Shown here piece after piece: positions 20,321 to 30,947 of a stretch of 124,000 bases of DNA. The notes under the pieces were generated by a model. It was not told the origin of the DNA. It saw only the letters and a list, made by a program, of their open reading frames with translations, and did no database searches. The stretch lies in the NCBI RefSeq assembly GCF_000737315.1, contig NZ_JMCB01000004.1, positions 20,001 to 144,000 on the forward strand. The letters run 5' to 3'. The first letter of the stretch is position 1; each line of letters starts with the position of its first letter. This stretch comes from Hyalangium minutum. Lineage in GTDB: Bacteria > Myxococcota > Myxococcia > Myxococcales > Myxococcaceae. A program made the translations under genes and the position numbers.

Positions 20321-20716
20321 ATGCCGCAGACCAATCCGTTCCACTCGGTGGTGCCCCCCCGCAAGCTCACGGACTCCGAGCTGGCGCGCTCCATCCGGCT
20401 CAACATCGAGGCGGAGCTGGACGCCATCAACCTCTATGCCGCCCACATCGAGGCCACGGACAATGAGGAGGCCAAGGCCATCCTCCAGCACGTGATGGAC
20501 GAGGAGCGCGAGCACGCGGCCCTCTTCTGGCAGCTCATTGCCCGGCTGGATCCCCAGCAGGCCAAGCATGATTCGGAGGCCTCGCGGAAGTACCAGCTCA
20601 TCGTCAGCGGGGCTCCGCACGAGGACGTGGAGTCGGTGGGCGAGGGCGGGGGAGGGGGCAGGGCCGCCGAGCCTCCGCTCCCCAAGCAGCTGACCGTGGG
20701 CAACTTGCGCCGCTGA
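20321..20716 (+). CDS. encC: Encapsulin cargo ferritin-like protein (EncC-like)
   Basis: MPQTNPF start, ferroxidase motifs EAELDAINLY and DEEREH, and the C-terminal targeting peptide LTVGNLRR. Confidence 0.92.
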   Translation: MPQTNPFHSVVPPRKLTDSELARSIRLNIEAELDAINLYAAHIEATDNEEAKAILQHVMDEEREHAALFWQLIARLDPQQAKHDSEASRKYQLIVSGAPHEDVESVGEGGGGGRAAEPPLPKQLTVGNLRR

Positions 20717-20741
20717 GCTTCCGGGCGGCGAACGGGAGCGC

Positions 20742-22103
20742 CTAGCCCGCCACCTTGCGCTCGGCGGGCAGGGCCTCCTGGTCCAGCGCTGCCATGTAGA
20801 CAACATTCCGGGTGCCGCGCTTGCCGCGGTACATGGCGCGATCGGCCATGTCCAGCAGTGCGCCCTTGTCGCGCGCATGCTCGGGGAAGCTGGCCACTCC
20901 CACGCACGTCGTCAGGGAGAGGGAGATGCCCTCGCGCGGGATGAAGTGGTGGTTCTCCATGGTGCGGCGGATGCGCTCGGCCACCTTGAGGGCGCCACCC
21001 GAATCCGTGTTGCGCAGCAGCACCACGTACTCGTCCCCTCCGTAGCGGACGACCACGTCCCGCTCGCGCACGCAGCCCTTGAGCACGCGCCCCACCTCCA
21101 CCAGCAGGCGCGAGCCCACCAGGTGGCCGTGCGTGTCGTTCACGGCCTTGAAGTGGTCCAGGTCCATGAAGAGCAGGCTGAAGGGGATGTCCGTCTGCTG
21201 CGAGGCCTTCACCTCCCGGTCCAGCACCAGGTGGAGGTAGCGCATGTTGTAGAGGTGGGTGAGATCGTCCATGTAGGCCAGATCTTCCACCTCGCTGAAG
21301 CGCCCCATGTTGCGCAGCGCCATGGCGTAGTGGCGCGAGAGGAACCCGGCCACCTCGGGCACGTTCTCCGGCGGCGGGCGGGAGAAGAACAGGACGATCT
21401 GGCCCAGGGACAGGTCCGCGTCGCTCGCGGGGAAGGCGATCACGTGCTCGAAGTCCCCGGGCAGCGAGTCCAGCGAGCGGGGCGTACGGATGCCCTGGAG
21501 CTGGGAGCAGAGGATGGGCTCGAGCTCCGTCACCAGCTCGGGGGCCATGCCGTTGTGGCCATGGACCTTCAGCGGGCCGCCCTCGCGCAGCAGCAGCAAC
21601 ACGCCCTGGGCTTGCGTCTGCGCCTCGAGCGCACTGGCCACGGCCAGCGCGAGCCGCTCGCGATCCAGGGTGGTGGCGATGCGCTGCCCCATCTCCAACA
21701 GAGAGACGTACTGGCGCAGTGAGGCGTTCTCGCGCAGCAGATCCCTCGTGGTGAGGGCGCGGCGCACGGCGTGCTCGAGCGCCTCCGGGGCCACCGGCTT
21801 CACGAGGTACTCGGCCGCGCCGCTCTTGATGGCACGCACGGCGGGATCCACCTTGTCCAGGCCGGTGATGACGACCACCTCGACGCCCGGGTAGCGCTCC
21901 TTGCTGTAGCGGAGCACCTCCATGCCGTCGGTGCCAGGAAGGATCAGGTCCGTGACCACCGCGTCATAGGTGTCGGCATTGAGCGCTTCGCGGAACTCCT
22001 CGAAGCTTCCCACGGCGACGACGGTGTGGCCGGCGGCGCGCAGATAGTCCCCGTACAGGGTCCGGGCCATCTTCTCGTCGTCGACTAGCAGGATCTGCGC
22101 CAT
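20742..22103 (-). CDS. REC-(GAF)-GGDEF diguanylate cyclase
   Basis: N-terminal receiver; DDLTHLYN, DLDHFK.VND and RYGGDEY. Confidence 0.93.
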   Translation of the reverse strand: MAQILLVDDEKMARTLYGDYLRAAGHTVVAVGSFEEFREALNADTYDAVVTDLILPGTDGMEVLRYSKERYPGVEVVVITGLDKVDPAVRAIKSGAAEYLVKPVAPEALEHAVRRALTTRDLLRENASLRQYVSLLEMGQRIATTLDRERLALAVASALEAQTQAQGVLLLLREGGPLKVHGHNGMAPELVTELEPILCSQLQGIRTPRSLDSLPGDFEHVIAFPASDADLSLGQIVLFFSRPPPENVPEVAGFLSRHYAMALRNMGRFSEVEDLAYMDDLTHLYNMRYLHLVLDREVKASQQTDIPFSLLFMDLDHFKAVNDTHGHLVGSRLLVEVGRVLKGCVRERDVVVRYGGDEYVVLLRNTDSGGALKVAERIRRTMENHHFIPREGISLSLTTCVGVASFPEHARDKGALLDMADRAMYRGKRGTRNVVYMAALDQEALPAERKVAG

Positions 22104-22122
22104 TGTCTTCCGCTTACCATCA

Positions 22123-22968
22123 ATGCCCTCGGGGCTGCTAGCCTCCCTCCCCGTGGCTCCATTCGAAAGCGGACGCCGGTTGTGTCTGCTCGTCGAGGCG
22201 GGTGAGACGCGCTATGCCCTGGAGGCTACCTCGGTGATGGAGGTGGCCCTGCCGGGCAGTGATGGCACCAGCCTGCGAGGCATGCTCGAGGTGAAGGATC
22301 TGTCCGTGCTGCTCGGCGGCGCCCCCGAGAAGGGGCAGGGCATGGTGGTGGTGTTGGATGTGAGCCCCACGCTGGCGGTGCGGGTCCGCTCGGTGGTGGA
22401 GGTGGCGGACGTGGCGCACGCGCCGTTCTTCCTGCTGCCCGCGGGGCTGGGCGAGGCGCTCGTCCCGCTGAGCCGGGGCGCCGTCCTCCACAAGGGGCGG
22501 CTCTACCTGGAGCTCATCGCCGAGTCGCTGCCGCAGCGCGGCGTCCCCAAGCCCTCCGCAGGCACCCCCCGGCCCGTGCACCTCATGGAGAGTGCTCCGG
22601 AGCGGGCGCTCGTCTTCGAGTCCCAGGGCCGCCTGTTCGGTCTGCCGCTGAGCTTGGTGTCCCAGGTCGTCACTCAGGGTGAGGCCTTCAGCCGGTTACC
22701 CGTGCAGCGCGGGGCGGTGGCGGGGGTATTCCCCCATGCCCAGGTGCTGTGGCCTATCTTCTCGGTGCCGGCGATGCTGGGGGGGACGGCCGGGGTGGAG
22801 GCCTTCTTCGTGCTCACGGAGATGGCGGGCCAGAACGTGGGGCTGTGTGCCACCCGTGTCCTCGGCGTGCTCCCACGCTTCGAGCCCACCGACGTCCCTG
22901 GCGAGTTCCGTGCACCCGGATTGACCGGACCTGTGCTCTTCCTGGACCTGCAGCACATGTTTTCTTGA
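22123..22968 (+). CDS. Tandem CheW-like domain protein
   Basis: Two CheW-like repeats (YAL.ATSVMEV; FGLPLSLVSQVV ... GQNVGL). Confidence 0.75.
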   Translation: MPSGLLASLPVAPFESGRRLCLLVEAGETRYALEATSVMEVALPGSDGTSLRGMLEVKDLSVLLGGAPEKGQGMVVVLDVSPTLAVRVRSVVEVADVAHAPFFLLPAGLGEALVPLSRGAVLHKGRLYLELIAESLPQRGVPKPSAGTPRPVHLMESAPERALVFESQGRLFGLPLSLVSQVVTQGEAFSRLPVQRGAVAGVFPHAQVLWPIFSVPAMLGGTAGVEAFFVLTEMAGQNVGLCATRVLGVLPRFEPTDVPGEFRAPGLTGPVLFLDLQHMFS

Positions 22969-23085
22969 TTGCCCCGGAGGGCAACCCCTAAGCTGCCCCG
23001 CGTGCAGCGAGCGTGGAATGTCTTCGCCTTCGCTCCCGTTTCTTCAATTAATTCTGGGGGTTGATGCCCCCGAGGCCCGACGCCG

Positions 23086-24354
23086 ATGCCGAAGAATCTG
23101 CTGGTCGCCGACGACTCGCTCACCATCCGCAAGGTCATTGGGATGATCTTTGCGACCGAGGACTTCCAGGTGACCGCAGTGGACAACGGGTTGGATGCGA
23201 TTGCCCGTTGCCGCGAGCTGCGCCCGGACGTGGTGCTCGCGGATGTGATGATGCCCGGCAAGAGCGGGTACGAGGTCTGCGAGGCCCTCAAGAGTGACCC
23301 GAACACCCAGCACATCCCCGTGGTGCTGCTGGCGGGTACCTTCGAGGCCTTCGACGAGAACCGCGCCCGTGCCTCCCGCGCGGACGACCACGTCACCAAG
23401 CCCTTCGAGAGCCAGGTGTTGCTCGACAAGGTGAAGGCCCTGGTGGGGCAGAAGTCGAACACCATGCCCGCCTCAGCCGCCACGCAGATCACTGCCCAGA
23501 CGGCGGCTCCTGCGGCTGCTCGTCCGGCCGGTCCTCCTCCTCCCGCCGCTGCCGCGGGGGCTCCGCGTCCTCCGGGGCCTGCGGGCGTGCCGCGTCCTCC
23601 GGGCCCGGGTATGCCGCCGGGTCCGGGTGCGCCTCCGGGCATGACGCGTCCTCCGGGGCCTGGGATGCCTCCTGCGCCGGGTGCGCGTCCTCCGGGGCCT
23701 GGAATGCCGCCGGGGCCTGCCGCGGGCGTGCCGCGTCCTCCGGGGCCGGGCATGCCGCCGGGGCCAGGTGCTCCTCCGGGTGCGCGTCCTCCGGGGCCGG
23801 GTGCGCCTCCGGGCATGGCGCGTCCTCCGGGGCCAGGGGTTCCTCCTGCGCCGGGTGCGCGTCCTCCAGGGCCTGGAATGCCTCCGGGGCCTGCTGCGGG
23901 CGTGCCGCGTCCGCCGGGTCCGGGCATGCCGCCGGGTCCGGGCATGGCGCGTCCTCCGGGGCCTGGGGTTCCTCCTGCGCCGGGTGGCGTTCCTCGTCCG
24001 CCGGGTGGCGCGGGGCTGCCATCTGCTCCTGCAGGTGCACAGCCGCGCAGGCCGGATCCATTCGGTCTTGGAGCTCCCGCGCCTCAGGCCGCGCCGCAGC
24101 CGCAGCCGCAGGTGGAGTCTCTCTCTCTCGATGACGCGCTGCCCGAGCCCCACGGTGCCCCAGTCAACGTGGGAGCGGGCCGTGCTGCGCCTCGGGCCGC
24201 GGATGGCGGTGAGGCCCAGTTGCGCGAGGCGCTCTCGAAGGCCTCCCGCGAGGTCATCGAGAAGATCGCCTGGGAGGTAGTACCCCAGCTCGCCGAGACC
24301 ATCATCCGCGAGGAGCTGGATCGGCTGATCAAGGACCGAGAGACGCAGCACTAG
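23086..24354 (+). CDS. romR: Polarity scaffold response regulator RomR
   Basis: N-terminal receiver, a long Pro-rich repeated linker and the C-terminal ADGGE..LREALSKASREVIEKIAWEVVPQLAE domain. Confidence 0.93.
   Translation: MPKNLLVADDSLTIRKVIGMIFATEDFQVTAVDNGLDAIARCRELRPDVVLADVMMPGKSGYEVCEALKSDPNTQHIPVVLLAGTFEAFDENRARASRADDHVTKPFESQVLLDKVKALVGQKSNTMPASAATQITAQTAAPAAARPAGPPPPAAAAGAPRPPGPAGVPRPPGPGMPPGPGAPPGMTRPPGPGMPPAPGARPPGPGMPPGPAAGVPRPPGPGMPPGPGAPPGARPPGPGAPPGMARPPGPGVPPAPGARPPGPGMPPGPAAGVPRPPGPGMPPGPGMARPPGPGVPPAPGGVPRPPGGAGLPSAPAGAQPRRPDPFGLGAPAPQAAPQPQPQVESLSLDDALPEPHGAPVNVGAGRAAPRAADGGEAQLREALSKASREVIEKIAWEVVPQLAETIIREELDRLIKDRETQH
23530..24010 (+). repeat. Degenerate tandem repeats encoding the (RPPGPG(M/V)PP) linker of RomR
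   Basis: Repeated cgtcctccggggcc units. Boundaries are approximate. Confidence 0.75.
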
Positions 24355-24404
24355 TTGCCGTAATCCGACCCTGATTGCCTGCCGGCCCACTGGGCCGGCC
24401 TCTT

Positions 24405-27400
24405 ATGACTGACACCATTGAACTGTCCAAGGCCTACGAGCCCACCGAGGTGGAGGCCCGCTGGTCGAAGTTCTGGCTGGAGCGGAAGTACTTCCACGCC
24501 GAGTCCACATCCGACAAGCCGCCGTTCTCCATCGTGCTGCCGCCGCCCAACGTGACGGGCAGCCTGCACCTGGGACACGCGCTCACGGCCACCATCGAAG
24601 ACACGCTCATCCGCTGGAAGCGCATGAGCGGCTACAACGCGCTCTGGATGCCGGGCACGGATCACGCCGGCATCGCCACGCAGATGGTGGTGGAGAAGGA
24701 GCTGAAGAAGACGGAGAAGAAGAGCCGTCACGATCTGGGCCGCCCGGAGTTCCTCAAGCGCGTCTGGCAGTGGAAGGACAAGTTCGGCAAGCGCATTGGC
24801 GAGCAGCACCAGTTCCTCGGCGCCTCGCTGGACTGGGAGCGCGAGCGCTTCACCATGGACGAGAAGTCCTCGGCCGCGGTGCGCGAAGTTTTTGTCCGGC
24901 TGCACGAAGAGGGGCTCATCTACCGGGCCCAGAAGCTCATCAACTGGTGTCCCTCGTGCCATACGGCGCTGAGCGACCTCGAAGTGGATCACGACGAGGG
25001 GAAGAAGGGCTCGCTGTGGCACATCCGCTACCCGGTGAAGGGGACGGATCGGGCGCTCACGGTGGCCACCACCCGCCCGGAGACGATGCTGGGCGACACC
25101 GCGGTGGCCATCCACCCGGATGACGAGCGCTACAAGGGGCTGGCGGGCGGCACGGTGGTGCTCCCGCTGATCAACCGTGAGATCCCCATCATCGCGGACG
25201 CCGAGCTGGTCAGCATGGAGTTCGGCACGGGCGTGGTGAAGGTGACGCCGGCGCACGACTTCAACGACTACCAGACGGGGCTCCGGCACAACCTGCCGAT
25301 GATCTCCATCTTCGATGACAACGCGCGCACCAACAAGGAAGCGGGGCCCTACGCGGGGATGGACCGCTACGAGGCGCGCAAGAAGGTCCTCGAGGACCTG
25401 ACGCTGCAGGGACTGCTGGAGAAGGAAGAGCCGCACACGCTCTCCGTGGGCCAGTGCCAGCGGTGCCAAACGGTGGTGGAGCCGCGGCTGTCCATGCAGT
25501 GGTGGGTGAAGATCGAGCCGCTGGCCAAGCCCGCCATTGAGGCGGTGGCGCAGGGCCGCACCAAGTTCGTCCCCGAGTCATGGACGAACACCTACTTCCA
25601 GTGGATGGAGAACATCCACGACTGGTGCATCAGCCGCCAGCTGTGGTGGGGCCACCAGATCCCCGCCTACTACTGCACGGCGTGCAGCCCGCGCGTGGGC
25701 GATGACACGGATCTGCCCGAGGGTGCGCCCACGGTGCGCGTGGGCGGCGTGGACTTCAACCGCGCCGAGCCGATTGTCTCGCGCCAGCAGCCCTCGCACT
25801 GCCCCAAGTGCAACGGCACGAACTTCACCCAGGATCCGGACGTGCTGGACACCTGGTTCAGCTCCGCGCTGTGGCCGTTCTCCACGCTGGGCTGGCCGGA
25901 GCAGACGCCCGAGCTGAAGACCTTCTACCCGACGTCCGTCATGGAGACGGGCCACGACATCATCTTCTTCTGGGTCGCCCGGATGATGATGATGGGCCTG
26001 CACTTCATGGGGGATGTGCCCTTCCGCACCGTGTACCTGCACGCGATGGTGCGCGACGAGAAGGGCGAGAAGATGTCGAAGACGAAGGGGAACGTCATTG
26101 ATCCCCTCGACATCATCCTCGGGTCTCAGGCGGAGAACCTCAACCCCACGCTGCGCAACAAGTTCCCCCAGGGCATGCCGGCGTTCGGCGCGGACGCGCT
26201 GCGCTTCACTCTCGCCTCGCTCACGCAGCAGGGGCGCGACATCAAGCTCTCCATGGATCGCGTGGCGGGCTACAAGGCGTTCTGCAACAAGCTGTGGAAC
26301 GCCAGCCGCTTCGTGCTGATGAACCTGGGCGGCTTCCGGCTCGACACGCGCCCCATCAAGGAGCGCCAGCTGACGCTGGCGGACCGGTGGATCCTCGCGC
26401 GGCTGCAGCGCGCCATCGTGGACACGCGCCTGGCGCTGGAGACGTACGCGTTCTCGGACGCGGCCTCCACGCTCTACCAGTTCCTCTGGTCCGAGTTCTG
26501 TGACTGGTACATCGAGTTGTCCAAGGGCTCGCTCTACGGCGACGACGAGAAGTCCAAGGACAGCACCCGCGCGGTGCTGGTGTTCTGCCTGGAGCGCATG
26601 CTTCGGCTGCTGCACCCGTTCATGCCGTTCATCACCGAGGAGATCTGGCAGAAGCTGCCGATCCCGCGGTCGGTGGACTCGATCATGATCTCGCCGTACC
26701 CGGAGCCGGACTCGCGGCTGGCGGACTTCGCGGCGGAGACGGAGATGGCGCCCGTGGTGGCGGCCATCGAGGGCATCCGCACCATTCGCGGCGAGAGTAA
26801 CTTGCCACCCTCGGCCAAGCTGGTGGCGCACGTGCAGAGCGCTGATGCGGCGCTGAGGGCCACGCTGGAGCGGTGCAGCAACTACCTGCTGCCGCTGGCG
26901 GGCCTGTCCGAGGTCCGCATCGAGGCTCCGGGCCGCAAGCCGGTGCAGGCCGCGGCGTACGTGGGCTCGGGGCTGGAGATCTACGTGCCGCTGGCCGGGC
27001 TCATCGACGTGGATGCGGAGCGAGACCGTTTGGGTAAGGAGCTGGCGCGGGCGGATCAGGAACTGGCGAGCGTGCTGCGCAAGCTAGAGAACCCGAACTT
27101 CGTCGCCAAGGCTCCGCCAGATGTCGTGGAGAAGGATCGGGCCCGCGTGGAAGAGCTGAAGGCCCGCAAGACAAAGCTGCAGGAGAACCTCGATCGGCTG
27201 GCCCCGGAGGCACCTATGTCCGAAGAGACCCCGCCTGAAGCAGCGGAGGAGAAGCTCCCTGATGCGCAGACGTCCCAGGTGAAGGTGGCGCCGCCAAGCG
27301 CCCCCACGGCGGATGCCGTGGACCTGAGCAAGGAGCTGAAGGGAGAGCTCGAGGCCAGCGGGGAGGTCGTGAACCCGCAGATCACCGACGCGCTGAACAA

Positions 27401-27863
27401 GCTCCGCGAGAGCACCAAGGAAGGCCTGTCCGCCAAGGACCACGAGGACCTGGGCGTGGCGTACATGAGCATGGGGCTCGTGGACGACGCCCAGCGTGAG
27501 TTCGACAAGGCCAAGCAGGGCGGGGAGGGCAGTGCTCAGCCCGCTTCAGCGCCTGCGAAGAAGGCCCCGGCCAAGAAGGCTCCGGCCAAGAAGGCTCCGG
27601 CCAAGAAGGCTCCGGCCAAGAAGGCTCCGGCCAAGAAGGCTCCGGCCAAGAAGGCTTCGGCGAAGAAGGCCGCTGCGGCGAAGAAGGCTCCTGCCAAGAA
27701 GGTCGCGGCGAAGAAGGCTCCGGCCAAGAAGGCGGCTGCCAAGAAGGCTGGGACGCGGAAGGCTCCGGCGAAGAAGGTCGCGGCGAAGAAGGCGCCTGCC
27801 AAGAAGGCTGCGGCGAAGAAGGCACCCGCGAAGAAGTCCACGGCCAAGAAGGCCCGGCGGTAA
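24405..27863 (+). CDS. valS: Valine--tRNA ligase with a long C-terminal extension
   Basis: [35 protein letters not shown] and KMSKT. Start ATG 24405. Confidence 0.98.
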   Translation: MTDTIELSKAYEPTEVEARWSKFWLERKYFHAESTSDKPPFSIVLPPPNVTGSLHLGHALTATIEDTLIRWKRMSGYNALWMPGTDHAGIATQMVVEKELKKTEKKSRHDLGRPEFLKRVWQWKDKFGKRIGEQHQFLGASLDWERERFTMDEKSSAAVREVFVRLHEEGLIYRAQKLINWCPSCHTALSDLEVDHDEGKKGSLWHIRYPVKGTDRALTVATTRPETMLGDTAVAIHPDDERYKGLAGGTVVLPLINREIPIIADAELVSMEFGTGVVKVTPAHDFNDYQTGLRHNLPMISIFDDNARTNKEAGPYAGMDRYEARKKVLEDLTLQGLLEKEEPHTLSVGQCQRCQTVVEPRLSMQWWVKIEPLAKPAIEAVAQGRTKFVPESWTNTYFQWMENIHDWCISRQLWWGHQIPAYYCTACSPRVGDDTDLPEGAPTVRVGGVDFNRAEPIVSRQQPSHCPKCNGTNFTQDPDVLDTWFSSALWPFSTLGWPEQTPELKTFYPTSVMETGHDIIFFWVARMMMMGLHFMGDVPFRTVYLHAMVRDEKGEKMSKTKGNVIDPLDIILGSQAENLNPTLRNKFPQGMPAFGADALRFTLASLTQQGRDIKLSMDRVAGYKAFCNKLWNASRFVLMNLGGFRLDTRPIKERQLTLADRWILARLQRAIVDTRLALETYAFSDAASTLYQFLWSEFCDWYIELSKGSLYGDDEKSKDSTRAVLVFCLERMLRLLHPFMPFITEEIWQKLPIPRSVDSIMISPYPEPDSRLADFAAETEMAPVVAAIEGIRTIRGESNLPPSAKLVAHVQSADAALRATLERCSNYLLPLAGLSEVRIEAPGRKPVQAAAYVGSGLEIYVPLAGLIDVDAERDRLGKELARADQELASVLRKLENPNFVAKAPPDVVEKDRARVEELKARKTKLQENLDRLAPEAPMSEETPPEAAEEKLPDAQTSQVKVAPPSAPTADAVDLSKELKGELEASGEVVNPQITDALNKLRESTKEGLSAKDHEDLGVAYMSMGLVDDAQREFDKAKQGGEGSAQPASAPAKKAPAKKAPAKKAPAKKAPAKKAPAKKAPAKKASAKKAAAAKKAPAKKVAAKKAPAKKAAAKKAGTRKAPAKKVAAKKAPAKKAAAKKAPAKKSTAKKARR
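27552..27860 (+). repeat. 15-bp tandem repeats encoding (AKKAP)n, histone H1-like
   Basis: Repeated gccaagaaggctccg units. Confidence 0.9.
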
Positions 27864-27874
27864 GGAGACCGATC

Positions 27875-28750
27875 TTGAAGGACTACCTCGACCGCCTCAT
27901 CGAGCTGGCCTTGGACGAGGACCTTGGGGCGGCGGGGGATGTGACCTCCAACGCCCTGGTTCCTCCGGACGCGATGGGCAGTGGCGAGCTGCTGGCGAAG
28001 GAGCAGCTCGTGCTCGCTGGGCTGGATGCGTTTGCCCGCGTGTTCTACTACGTGGACCCGGAGGTGAAGGTCGAGTTCCTCCGGCGGGACGGCGACGAGA
28101 TCAAGCCCAAGGTCGTGGCGGCGAAGGTCTCCGGTCGGCTGCGCTCGCTGCTGGCCGCCGAACGCACGGCGCTCAACATTGTCCAGCGCATGTCGGGCAT
28201 CGCCACGCTGGCGCAGCAGGCGATGACCGCAGTGCGGGGCTCGAAGCTCAAGGTGCTGGACACGCGCAAGACGCCGCCGGGGATGCGCGCCCTCTCGAAG
28301 GAGGCGGTCCGGCTGGGGGGGGCGACGAACCACCGCTTCGGTCTCTTCGATGGGGTGCTCATCAAGGACAACCACATCGCGGCGGTGGGGGGCTCCATCA
28401 AGGAGGCCCTGCGCCGGGCCCGGGCTTATGCGCCTCGGTTGGTGAAGATCGAGATCGAGGTCACCAACCTCAAGCAGTTGGCCGAGGCCATCGAAGAGGG
28501 CGCGGACGTGGTGATGCTCGACAACATGGATGACGAGCAGATCCGCAAGGCCGTGGAGCTCACGGCAGGGCGGGTGCCTCTGGAGGTCTCTGGAGGCGTC
28601 GCGCTGGATCGGCTGCCGAGGCTGGCCAAGCTGGGCGTGGACTTCGTGTCCATGGGCTCGTTAACGCACTCGGCACGGGCCATGGACTTGTCGCTGGAGA
28701 TCGCCACGACCAAGGGGGCAGCCCGCTCCCGCTCGCGCCGGAAGCACTGA
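27875..28750 (+). CDS. nadC: Quinolinate phosphoribosyltransferase
   Basis: [33 protein letters not shown] and EVSGG. Confidence 0.96.
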   Translation: MKDYLDRLIELALDEDLGAAGDVTSNALVPPDAMGSGELLAKEQLVLAGLDAFARVFYYVDPEVKVEFLRRDGDEIKPKVVAAKVSGRLRSLLAAERTALNIVQRMSGIATLAQQAMTAVRGSKLKVLDTRKTPPGMRALSKEAVRLGGATNHRFGLFDGVLIKDNHIAAVGGSIKEALRRARAYAPRLVKIEIEVTNLKQLAEAIEEGADVVMLDNMDDEQIRKAVELTAGRVPLEVSGGVALDRLPRLAKLGVDFVSMGSLTHSARAMDLSLEIATTKGAARSRSRRKH

Positions 28751-28771
28751 CCACGAAAGGGAAGGGGAGTC

Positions 28772-30417
28772 TCAGTTGCTGGGGCCAGCCGGCCGGCCGT
28801 TCGTGAAGAACTCGGTCCGGGGATGGCCCTCGGCGGAGGCGGGCGCGCCCAACTCCAGCATCGCCGCCAGCGTGGGGGCCACGTCCGTTGCGTTGATCTC
28901 CTGCAGGTACGTCCCCGGCTTCACGCCCTTGCCCGCGAACACCACCGGCACCTGCTGATCGTAGTTGTACGGCGTGCCGTGGTTCGTACCGACCAGCACG
29001 TTGCTGATGACCTGGAACGCCTGCGGCACGATCAAGACGTCTCCGCTGCGTCCAGCGTAATAGCCTCGCCGCACCGGCGCGATCAGCCCCGCCACATCCG
29101 GCGCCGTGTAGAGATCATCCCGCGCCACCGCCGCCGCGATGCCCGGCTGCTTCGACAGCCACTCCGCCGCCGCCCTCCGCACCGCCGCTCCGTCTGCCTT
29201 CCCGTCCTCGAGCGCCTTGCCTAACAAGTACACGTCCGACTCTTCCTGGGTGACCGTCACCTCCACCTGCGGAAACCGCGCCTTGAGTGCCTGCGCGAGC
29301 CCTTGCGACAGCTCCTTCGTGTTCATCCGCCGCGCCGGCAGCCCCTCCGAGGCCCAGTGCTCTGGCACCGCCGCCCCTCCGTGGTCCGCCGTCAGCACGA
29401 TGACCAGGTTCGCCCGGCCCCCCGCAGCCTTCTCCGCCGCCGTCACCAGCTCCGCCACTGCGCGGTCCAGCCGGTACAGCGTGTCCTGCATCTCCCATGG
29501 TACGGCCCGTATGCATGGAACACGCGGTCCGTCCCGCTGAAGCTCACCGCCAGCAGGTCCGGCACCTCGTCCTTGCCCAGCCCCTCGCCCTCCAGGGCCG
29601 CCTTCGCTGCCTGCACCAGCAAGTCATTCGAGTACGCCGAGCTCGCCAGCGCCGCATACGACCGCGGCCCCGCCATCTGGCCCCCTCCATTCAGCGGGTG
29701 TGGGAAGCTGCGCCCCAGCCCCGATTCGTCCGTCTCGTAGGGGCGCTCGTCCTCCCCCAGGTACTCCGTCTTCGGCAGCAGCAGCGTCCACTGCTGCGAG
29801 AAGTACCCGTCCGCCAGCTCCTTCGCGTTGAACGCCTGCAGCCACGCCGGGAACTCCTTCGTGTACCAGGTCCCCGTTACGAATTTCCCCACCGTCTCAT
29901 CGAACCAGTAGGCCTGCCCCAGCCGCCCCGCCAGTGGGATCGCCGCCCGGCCCTTGCCCGACAGCGCCACCGCCTTCCCTCGCCCCCGTGAGCTCATTCG
30001 CAGCCGGTCCGCCAGTGTCTCCGCCATCAGGTTCAGCGGGCTCGTGTCGCCCCTCGTGGCGAAGGTCAGGGGCACCTCCAGCACCGGGTGCGCCTCGTCC
30101 TGGAACACGCTCAGCGGCTGCCCCGTGGTGCGATCCACCACCCGGTTGTCGACAATCCCGTGCCGCCACGGGTTCGCCCCCGTGGACAGCGTCGTGTGCC
30201 CCGCCGCCGTCCGAGGCTTGGCGTAGTCGTACCGGCCGTACGGGTAGAACGCCCCACCGTCGAGCAGTTGACGCAGCCCGCTCTTGAACTTTGGCCGTGT
30301 GCGCAACAGCAGGTCCGTGCCGAGTGCATCCACCGAGATGAAGAGGGCCAGCCTCGGAGGCTTCGCGAACACCGGGAAGCTGAGGAGAACCACGGCCAGG
30401 GCGAGAGGGCGCACCAT
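28772..30417 (-). pseudogene. PafA-like alkaline phosphatase / nucleotide pyrophosphatase split by a 1-nt frameshift near 29500
   Basis: The two ORFs (29443..30417 and 28772..29491) join as FHAYGPY-(S)WE-MQDTLYRLD if one base is restored. Motifs: ISVDAL, TAAGH..LSTG, LTADHGG, HGTPYNYDQQVP. Confidence 0.75.
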
Positions 30418-30515
30418 AGGGGGGCTCATCTTCGCCGCCAGATGGTCAGAAGCAACCAACTCGCCATGGCTTCGGCTTGGAGGGGCCCGATCCCCCTGTT
30501 ACCGTCGGCGCACGC

Positions 30516-30917
30516 ATGGTGGAAGCGCGGATCCGAGTCATCTACGGCGATACCGACCAGATGGGGGTCGTTTATCACGCCAACTACTTCCGCTACTTCG
30601 AGTTCTCCCGCATGGAGTTCTTCCGCGCTCGCGGCGGCAGCTACCAGGAGATGGAGCGCGAGGGCTACATGCTCCCCGTCGCCGAGGTCTCCTGCCAGTA
30701 CAAGGCCCCCGCACGCTACGACGATCTGCTCGTCATCCGTCCTCGTGTGACGGAGGTCCGCCGCGCCTCGCTCACTTTCCAGTACGAGATCTTTCGCGAC
30801 GGGAACCCCTCGACGTTGCTGTGCACCGGGCACACTCTCCATGCCTGCATCGGGCGCGACGGCAAGCCCCGGCGCTTCCCGGACACGTTCCTGCGTCTGC
30901 TCGAGCAGTCCCCCTGA
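30516..30917 (+). CDS. Acyl-CoA thioesterase (YbgC/FadM hot-dog family)
   Basis: YGDTDQMGVVYHANY and PARYDD. Confidence 0.92.
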   Translation: MVEARIRVIYGDTDQMGVVYHANYFRYFEFSRMEFFRARGGSYQEMEREGYMLPVAEVSCQYKAPARYDDLLVIRPRVTEVRRASLTFQYEIFRDGNPSTLLCTGHTLHACIGRDGKPRRFPDTFLRLLEQSP

Positions 30918-30947
30918 AAGTTCCACCTTCTCTCAAGGAGTCCCCAC

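Noticed and set aside
29443-29505. Selenocysteine read-through or programmed frameshift in the phosphatase
   Set aside because: The break is a frame change, not an in-frame UGA, and no slippery heptamer or SECIS-like hairpin was seen.
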